Source of the DNA: the human T2T-CHM13v2.0 reference genome, Homo sapiens
Reading direction: 5' to 3' (one strand)
DNA length: 64,000 nucleotides
Assembly (NCBI RefSeq): GCF_009914755.1
Contig: NC_060932.1
Part shown: positions 55,455-64,000 of the stretch, piece by piece
Numbering within the stretch: position 1 is the stretch's first letter
How the letters are laid out: every line of letters begins with the position of its first letter
The notes under the pieces: generated by a model
Seen by the model: only the letters and a program-made list of their open reading frames with translations
Told to the model about the DNA's origin: nothing
The model's database searches: none
Position numbers and translations under genes: made by a program

Positions 55455-55574
55455 TCACAGGCTCTCCTGTGTCTTTTCTGGAAGAGGCTCCGTGGTGGTG
55501 GCACTAGCATTTGCAGCCGAATTCAAGACTTCTCCAAAATCACCACCAGCAGGCTTGGTTCCCCCTACTTTAGA
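55455..55574 (-). CDS. TPD52: TPD52 last coding exon
   Basis: tttttttaag|TCT AAA GTA; SKVGGTKPAGGDFGEVLNSAANASATTTEPLPEKTQESL*, the tumor protein D52 C-terminus; 120 nt including stop. Confidence 0.96.
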   Translation of the reverse strand, partial: SKVGGTKPAGGDFGEVLNSAANASATTTEPLPEKTQESL

Positions 55575-56024
55575 CTTAAAAAAAAGTTCAAAAAAGGGAA
55601 AGACATTATGAAACATAAAACTAGCTGATTCTGCATAAAGTAACTCTAATTCACTTTCAAGAACAAATACATCAGCAACCTTATAGCTCAGTGATTATTA
55701 TATATGTATGGAATTTAGTATTGTTGCAATGTTCAGTGTGGTTTTATAGTAAAACTCATGCATTCTCCCTTGCTGAAATATTCAGATTGGTAAATTCTAC
55801 CCCTTCCCCTTTCCCCCTGCTCCTTGTTCTTCACAGGAAGTCTGTCTAGAAAACTTTGTAAGGTCTATTATTTTAAAGTACCTAGTGAACTGTCTGTCTC
55901 TACACTTGCATAACATTTTGTATTGCATCGAATTGCTCATTTAGCTACACTCATTCAAGAAATATTGAATACAACATGGGAAAGAAATATATGTTTTTTT
56001 CTCAGTTACAGTATAAGCTTTCTA

Positions 56025-56210
56025 ACCCTTTAATACTTAAAGTGTGGTTCAAGGACCTACAGACTCAACATTACCTGGGAGCTTATTAGAAATGCAGGAT
56101 CTCAGATATCCTTTCTACCCCACCCAACTCCAGCTACAGAATTGAAATCAACACTTGAACAAAATCCCTGAGTTGTTCATGTGCACATTATAGTTTGTGA
56201 AGCACTACTC
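56025..56210. mobile_element. MER5-like hAT DNA transposon fragment
   Basis: AAAGTGTGGTTC..CATTACCTGGGAGCTTATTAGAAATGCAG..AGTTTGTGAAGCACT. Confidence 0.7.
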
Positions 56211-56579
56211 CAACCTATCTGGCCTGAAATTTTGCCAATAAGCATTTATTTCAATATATCTGCCTTGCATTTGTATAATACTTTTTCAAAACCCTTACAC
56301 ATGTCACTTTATCCTTTTCAATGCTAATCTGTATATGCTCTCTCACTGTTACACTGTCCAACAGGACAGCTAACAGTAAGAAAACAGTCAGTGACCATGG
56401 ATGCAAGAAGCTTATAGTGGGTTTGAACTTGACCTTGCTCTTAGCTCAATCTTAATTGAGTGGTCACAGACCCCTTATTTTCACTCTCATTCTTTTTGAT
56501 CTACCATCCAAATTGTTTGGGAAATGCGAATAATGTGTGTTCATTGTTTATTAAATTTATTAAAACACATTCCTTAATT

Positions 56580-57400
56580 ATAGTATCAAATCTCCTTGCA
56601 GTTCAACATGTCTAAAACTGAACTCCTTCCCCCGACAACTAGCCCCTTCTCTATTCTTTTTTAACACTTTATATGGCAATAGCACCTACCTAGCTGCCCC
56701 AGCCTGACACCTGGGGTTGTCCTGGATTCTTATCCAACTTGTTCTACATCCAATCAATCTTTTTTTTTTTCCGTGTCACTTCTCACTTCTAAATAGCTCT
56801 AGACTTGGTCCCATTGCACTAACTTAATTCACTCTCCATCATCTTTGGCTTGGAGTACAACTCCGTCCTTCCATCTAATCTGCCTGTCTCCAATCGTTCT
56901 CCCCTTTGATGTGCAGGGCAGCCACTGATCTCTCTAACATTTACAGAAGAATGCACCACTTGGGTTGTTTAAAACCCTTCAATGGCTTCCCATTGCCCCA
57001 AGTTCAAACTCTGCAATGTGGCCTACACATCTCTCTAGCTTCACCTCCTGCTCAATATCCTACAGCACAGTGAAGTTCTTGGTGGTCCTCAAAAGGGCCC
57101 TCAAACTTCAAACATTCCCTTCAACCTAAAATCCTCAATGGACATTACTGAGTCCTCTAAGAGGTCTTCTCTGACCTTCCCTTCCACCAAGCCAGGTGAA
57201 CTTTCTGCCACTTGTCCTCATCACACCCTCAGCTTTTCACATCAGAACCCTTACCTCACTTTAGTTTCATTGGCCATTTAATTGTCTAGGCATCTTGCAG
57301 AAGGGGTCCATGTCTCTCTTGCTCACTGTGGTAACTCTGGTGCCTAATACTGATTGACTGGCACATGGCAAATGCTCAGTAATCACAGATGAATGAATCA
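56580..57400 (+). mobile_element. L2 3' fragment
   Basis: TTCAACATGTCTAAAACTGAACTC, AAAACCCTTCAATGGCTTCCCATTGC, tail GCTCAGTAA..GATGAATGAAT. Confidence 0.7.
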
Positions 57401-57520
57401 ACCCAAAATCTAAATGGACCTCATGTTTAATTAAATATAAATGTAATTTAACAAAATTATATCCCCAGCATGTAATTTTACAGCTTCCTTAGGATACTTG
57501 GGGTATCTGTTTAATACGCT

Positions 57521-57523
<3 letters not shown>

Positions 57524-57551
<28 letters not shown>

Positions 57552-57828
57552 GAGACAGGGTCTGGCTCTGTCACCCAGGCTGGAGTGCAGTGGCATAATC
57601 GCTGCTCACTCTGCCTCCCGGGCTCAAGCGATCTTCCTACCTCAGCCTCCCGAGTAGGTGGGACTACAGGTGTATGCCAACACATCAGCTAATTTTTCTA
57701 TCGTTTTTGGTAGAGACAGGGTTTTGCCATGTTTCCCAGGCTGGTCTCAAATTCCTGGACTCAAGTGATCTGCCTGCCTTGGCCTCACAAAGTGCTGGAA
57801 TTACAGGTGTAAGCCACTGCGCCCAGCC
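57524..57828 (-). mobile_element. AluJ-like, minus strand
   Basis: Poly(T) then GAGACAGGGTCTGGCTCTGTCACCCAGGCTGG. Confidence 0.92.
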
Positions 57829-58454
57829 AACATATTGTATGTTTTTAAATTACACTTTTTAATCTGAATGGTGCCTAGTCATATTTTAAAGCAGACTTCA
57901 TTACAATTTATAGAATCTAAATATATTCAGGAGAGTATATAGTGAATGACCTGGAAGTTTCTCCTCATGTCCAATGTCAAAAACACATAAGATTCCTGGT
58001 TTTCCAATTTGCCATTTCAAAAATTAACACTTGGGGCAGATTTCAAGGAAAGGCTATAACAGTCCTAACAATATTGAGAACTGAATTTTAGTAATCCTTG
58101 ACTTCCTGCAACTACAGTTTGCTTTCAAATATATGACTTGGCACTAAGAAAAATAAAGCAGGTCTCTTGAAATGACATAGAAGAATGACTCTTATATATA
58201 TTGTTACTCATCAGATGCATATTGAGCAATGTGCCAAGAACTGTTCTAAGCCTTTGAGAAGTATCAGTGACCAAAAAGAACAGGTCCCTGCATTTATGGC
58301 TCACAAAGCACCCTGCTAGTGAGGGCTGAATGAATAAGCTGTAGGACTGTGTGTGTACAGTGTAACTCCTCTTCTGAAAAAACATTCATATGTCTGCATA
58401 CAAACAGAAAAGGTATGTACTAACGTTTGTATGTTCAAGAAAAAAAACGATCCA

Positions 58455-58650
58455 AACATCACACACCAAGGCGCCTGTCAGGGGGTGGGATGGTAGGGGA
58501 GGGATAGCATTAGGAGAAATACCTAATGTAGATGACAGGTTGATGGGTGCAGTAAACCACCGTGGCACGTGTATACCTATGTAACAAGCCTGCACATTCT
58601 GCACATGTATCCCAGAACTTAAAAGTATAATAAAAAAATAAATTAAAAAA
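58455..58650 (+). mobile_element. 5'-truncated L1PA7-like 3' end
   Basis: GGAGGGATAGCATTAGGAGAAATACCTAATGTAGATGAC, poly(A), approximate TSD AAAAAA(C)GATCCA on both sides. Confidence 0.88.
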
Positions 58651-59146
58651 AGATCCAGATCACTGTAGAGTGTTTTATTTCAATAAATGTACCCTGCTTT
58701 TAAAGATGCATTTCGTGACTCAAAGTTCTGAAAGACTAAACTGAATATTAGTTTTTAAACTGACTGATATAAAAACATTTAAGATACTAGTTTTAATCCT
58801 TAAAATATATCCCCTATAATTATCAGAGTTAGGAAGTAATGAAAATATGGGTTTTATACAAACTCCGTAGAGAGGGTCGAGGAATAGATGGGAACTAGAC
58901 AACTTTTGAGGTTGCCTGTGATCCTAAGAGTTGATGATTTTATAGCTTTGAATATAATCTCAAAGATAATATAATTTACAAATCAATAAAGCTCATTATT
59001 ATGGGGAAATGTTCACCTCCACTAAAATCAAAGAAATCAAAAAATAAAAACAGTGAATCATAAACGATCATCATGGCATCATTATAATAAAAAAAATGTC
59101 CAACAATTGAGGACTGAACAAATAATATCCATTATAAGGTAATACA

Positions 59147-59504
<358 letters not shown>

Positions 59505-59958
59505 TTATGATGTATGGCTACTTCTTTTTTAAAGCGTAACAGCATAATAGCACATACATCTATCACTGTCTGAGTGGTAGGACCAATTTTTTGTTTTCTT
59601 TCTTGTGCTTCCTATATTCTTGTTAATTGTTGACAAGAAAGTTATATTAAATTTTGTCCACCTACAAAGGTACTTGAAATGAATAAAGCAAAAAGCAGCA
59701 CAAATTTCTAAAGTGCCATTTCTTTGTAAATTGTACATTTCCTTTCAGCATGTGGCATGCTGCCACACTACAGCATACACTAAAAAGATATTAAGTACAT
59801 AACACCTTAAATGTCCACTAGTAACATAAGGAGTAAAGTTATTTACATTCTTTAGATATTTTTAGAAAGAAATATTAATGTCAATGATTTTCGCACAGCA
59901 AAGTTAATTAAGACACCAGGCAATGTATCAAAAAGACCCTGTTCATCTCTCTACTTGC

Positions 59959-60007
59959 CTTTAAGTTTTCGACCTTTTCTTCAAATGATTTAAAAGTTGG
60001 GGAGTTT
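59959..60007 (-). CDS. TPD52: TPD52 penultimate coding exon (49 nt) with GC donor
   Basis: ttttctctccatag|A AAC TCC CCA = NSPTFKSFEEKVENLK; donor AAG|gcaagt; phase 0 end joins SKVGG. Confidence 0.94.
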
Positions 60008-60825
60008 CTATGGAGAGAAAAGAAAAACAAATAGTAAATACAAATACTGAAAAAAAATCCAACTAGTTTGAAAATATAATTGATTCCTCTTCAACATTAT
60101 TCTCAATCGGCAAAAGAACAGATATAATCTGTACCATATATGTGCAGGTACATACAAGTATTTATAATGTAAGATTCTCAATTTCTGATCTAATATTTTA
60201 AGAGTATGCATTTGATTCCATGAACAGGGCCAGTCTCAGACATAAGTAATATAGATATGGTCAAGTACGTGTGTAAGGAGAGGTAACGAAGCCGGGTAAA
60301 ATAGCAATTCTGTCACTTCCCCAACCAACTTGTCATGGTACAAGAAAATGCCACCATTAGATCAGTTTAATTTTGGTTAAGGTACTACGCTCTAAAATCC
60401 CTATTTTGATTCACATCTTCCCTGGCAGAATTTCTACATGAACACACATCACCTAAGTGGGACAAGCTTATGAGGTTCAATATCAGGGAGCAGCATAATA
60501 GACTGGGAAAGCAGGGACCAAAAAGAAGGGGGAGAAGCATAGAAACGGCTTTGCCTACTTCACAACTCTGTCCCAAAGGATGAGGAGAGCACGCTGAGCC
60601 CACAGGACATTCATTCATCCATGTTACATTCACATCTATCCATATTAATTAAGGAGGATCATAGCGCCTTTGTCTCTCACAAAGGCGCTTTGGAAACAGG
60701 GTTTCCAATGCTGTTATCCTATCCAACTGACCTTGAATATCCTTCCTACTACCAAGATGAAAAATGCAAAGAAAGGAAAAGGGGTTTCTTCCTTCCCACG
60801 GTGGTGATGGCAGAACAGTTAAGCC

Positions 60826-61002
60826 AACAGCTCTCAAAGTGTGGGCCCCAGACCAGCTGCTGCTGCAGCTATCAGGAAGTCATAAGCAATGCCAATTTTC
60901 AGGTCCCACCCCAACTCTACAGGATCAGAGGCTCTAGAGGTGGGGCCCAGCAAGCAGCGGTTTCACAAGCACTCCAAGTGATTTTGATGGACACTTAAGT
61001 TT
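60826..61002. mobile_element. MER5A-like DNA transposon
   Basis: CTCTCAAAGTGTGGGCCCCAGACCAGC..AATTTTCAGGTCCCACCCC..CTCCAAGTGATTTTGATG. Confidence 0.75.
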
Positions 61003-61505
61003 AAGCCAAGCACAGATTGTTAAAAATCCTCTAACTCTCTAGAGAGGTTAGGTGAGGTAATATCACTTGCAAGTGCTAATGAAAGCAGATAGTAGAATTA
61101 AATCATAGTTGGCTCCAAATGTCACAGTGGGATGGGGGAAGTGAAAATGGGAAGGATGAAGAAAAGGAGAATGTAACTAAAGCGAATGCAGACAGAGGTG
61201 GCGGGACAAAAGAAGGTTTGTTAACAAGTAGTGCTCACTTTGTGAACAGATTTCAGACAGGAAACAAAGGTTTTACAAAATAAAATAGAAATAATTTTTT
61301 TAAAAACAAAATCAAAACATTTAACGGATCTCTTGCACCCATCCCAACATCAGAGGAAGTGTAGCTGAAAACTGATAGAGTGTTAAACACACAGCTTGTT
61401 TCAAGGGGAATTCTAGTTCCCTAATTCAGAACAGTTCAAGTTAAACATCTAAATAAAGAAAAATAAAGCATAAGACCAACTACATTTCATAAAAATATAC
61501 TTTAC

Positions 61506-61547
61506 CTCATAGCAGGCATGCTAATTGAATGCTGAATGGAACGTATA
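61506..61547 (-). CDS. TPD52: TPD52 42-nt frame-preserving cassette exon
   Basis: gcctcttag|T ATA CGT TCC..ATG AG|gtaaag = IRSIQHSISMPAM(R), a D52-family alternative insert; phase 2-2, matching the next exon. Confidence 0.92.
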
Positions 61548-61924
61548 CTAAGAGGCAGCATTAAAAAGAGATAGAAATAAGGTTAGTATAGTGGTGCTTC
61601 AACATTATTAAAAGCTGACAAAACTTAGCTCCCCAGGAGCTTTATTCTCTTGGCGCCATGAAGAATTACCTACTTTTTGAGGTGGAGGGGATCAAAGTTA
61701 TTCCAACATAATTTACTTTTATTCAGGAGCCAATTAATTCCCAGGAGTTACTAGAGCTAACAATACCACCTTGCATTTTTACAGCACTTTGAAAACTAAA
61801 GTGCTTTCACCCGGAGCTGTAAGGCATATAGGTGTTAAATGAGTTACCGTAGGTCACAGCAGAATCAAGAATAGAACTTGGGTCTAATTCAGTGTTTATC
61901 GCCTCCCCTCAAAAATGAAGCATG

Positions 61925-61953
61925 CACACACACACATACACACATACACACAC
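61925..61953. repeat. Imperfect (CA)n microsatellite
   Basis: CACACACACACATACACACATACACACAC. Confidence 0.85.
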
Positions 61954-64000
61954 AAGCAAGGCCAGGGAAGGGCTCTTAGTAAGACAAGGAGGCAACTGCC
62001 CACTCAAGGACAATGCAGTTCACTGACCACTCAGGTTCAAGGTTACCTACTCTTAGCCATCTCCCATAAAGACCACCTCATGAGATGAGAGTGCCTTCAT
62101 TCCTAGGCTCGTAAAATGATTGTATTCTGCTAATATTGTTACTATGCTTATAATAGTTTGACCACTGGCACGACTTTGGTAAATAAACTTTCCTTTGGGT
62201 AAAGTGTATAGGTTCAAGGTATTAATTCTCAGTTATATTTAAATATTTTGTGCGCTTATGATTTCCTTTTCTTAAAGACTCATTTGGTACAAATGATAAC
62301 GTGTCTTCAATGTAGGTCCTCAAATCTAATTTTGCATTAATATCTGATAACATGGAGAATGATTGTGATATATGTCAAATATGCTGGCAATCTGTGTAAT
62401 CAGGATTATCAATGAAATATTTAAACACCTCTGTACTTGATGTCTTACATAACAGGAAAAGATGCATGTAACTCAGTATTCTCTCTATCCTACAATGGTG
62501 GTCAATACCTAGGGTATAAGAGTATAATAATCTATTCTGGGAGGAATTTGATAATTCTTTTCCTACTTTGGATCTATCAAAGTGTGCTGGTCCCAATCTC
62601 TAAATTTACAACACCAGAACTCTAAGTATCACCTGTTCTTCCTCAGACCCTTCTGCTGAAGCTGCCTGGAATAGTCACATTGCCACAAACCACCTTCTAC
62701 CATAACTGATATGATAGGTGGATCAGTGGAGCACCACCCACCACTGCTAACCTCCCAGTGGCCTACAAATTGTTTGGAATGTATGAAAAATGAAGGAGTG
62801 AAGACAATTAAGACTCTTATCCTAGCATATTGTAATTAGGACACTAAGCTGCTGGACACTTAGATGTTGAAGAGGATCTGGTGGGACCAGGTGAAAGCTG
62901 ACAGAACACAGAGGAAACCAGTTCCCAAAGAAAGAATCGAATATAAGCACACAGAGAGGTAGAGCAGATGAGGTCAGGAGAGGTGATCATGCAGGGAATC
63001 CAGCAGGATGGAAGAGGAATAGGTTTCTTGGTTTCAATAATAGAAGCTACTTCAATTTCCCAGTTGATGGAGCTGGTTTGGGTGGAGCCTGGCCTTGCTT
63101 TCTTTTCTCTCCTTGAATTACAAAAAAACTTTGTATTTGTGCAACACATTCTTCTTTTTAGGTGAGCTAAAAGTTACATAGCTTTCTGTTCCTAATAATC
63201 AAAACTCTTCATTAGGACATTCATTTTGGCAGAAATCGCTGAAAAAGAAGGTAATGGCCAAATATGTGATAAATTCCTTGTCCCGGGGACCCACACATTG
63301 AATTTGGTAGTATCAACAAAATGTGGAAACAGGTGGATAAGTAAGTGCAAATTTCAGAATTTCACAGCTAATTCTAGTCACTGTCCCTAAGAACCCATGT
63401 ACAATATCACTTCCTCCAGCAGTGGATCGGTTGGGCTCTATACCACTTTACCTAGCATGTACCTACTAAATATGTTTCAGTGGTAATATATAAGGAAAGG
63501 CAAGGAAGTGACTAGACTGTTTATTTTGTGAAAAAAATCACTGAAATGAATTTGGTGTTGAGCACTTTTCTGTATGCATTATATCACACTTGAAGATAAA
63601 TATACCCATTAAACAGAATAAAATCAGTTAACAGAGTCAAAGTCAAGGTCTCTCTGCTTTTATGGTAGCTATTTTATAGTAGGAAGAAAAGGAGCACACA
63701 TCAGCTTCAATTCTATCTGGTTGCTGGATCCTCCCCATAATCCATAGTTAGATGAAATTCAATTTTGTTGGTAACTAGTTGTAATCTAACTATAGGGTGG
63801 CTGTTCTTTCATTTCTGGCTTCTCTATGGCAAGTTACACAAAGCTTCAACTTGCTCATCATTTTCAGTTTCATTCAAGCTTAAATGTAATATGGAAACCT
63901 TCAAAAGTAAAAAGTCATGTTGCTACGGGACCAGAATCATCTCTAATAGATAGGTTGTAAGAATCGGTTACCATCTATAAGGCACATTTTGTTAAAAATG

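Noticed and set aside
62740-63220. Possible ancient MLT1 LTR or further TPD52 exon
   Set aside because: Too degenerate to call; I found no D52-like peptide between 61548 and 64000.

Overview
Primate (by protein sequence, human) genomic DNA covering the TPD52-MRPS28 locus, both genes on the minus strand. It holds the last three coding exons and long 3' UTR of TPD52 (~52205-61547, including a GC-AG final intron), a ~4.6 kb intergenic gap with a MER52-type LTR, then the MRPS28 CpG-island promoter, exon 1 (47375-47587) and exon 2 (20317-20498); MRPS28 exon 3 lies off the left edge. Most of the rest is transposon-derived: two near-full-length inactivated L1PA elements, nested older L1M elements, many Alus, MaLR/ERV1 solo LTRs, MIR/L2 and MER5 fragments. 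Most ORF-track entries are repeat-derived or random. Most notable: (1) the two same-orientation L1s flanking MRPS28 exon 2 have different subfamily-like ends yet share perfectly identical tracts and odd variants, suggesting gene conversion and a substrate for a ~21 kb exon-2 deletion; (2) an 18-bp tandem duplication gives MRPS28 exon 1 three in-frame candidate donors; (3) an open L1 ORF0/antisense promoter points at exon 2; (4) a phase-compatible TPD52-MRPS28 readthrough route; (5) small repair/retrotransposition scars. I found no convincing new gene system. Repeat subfamily names and consensus comparisons are from memory and need Dfam/RepeatMasker confirmation.
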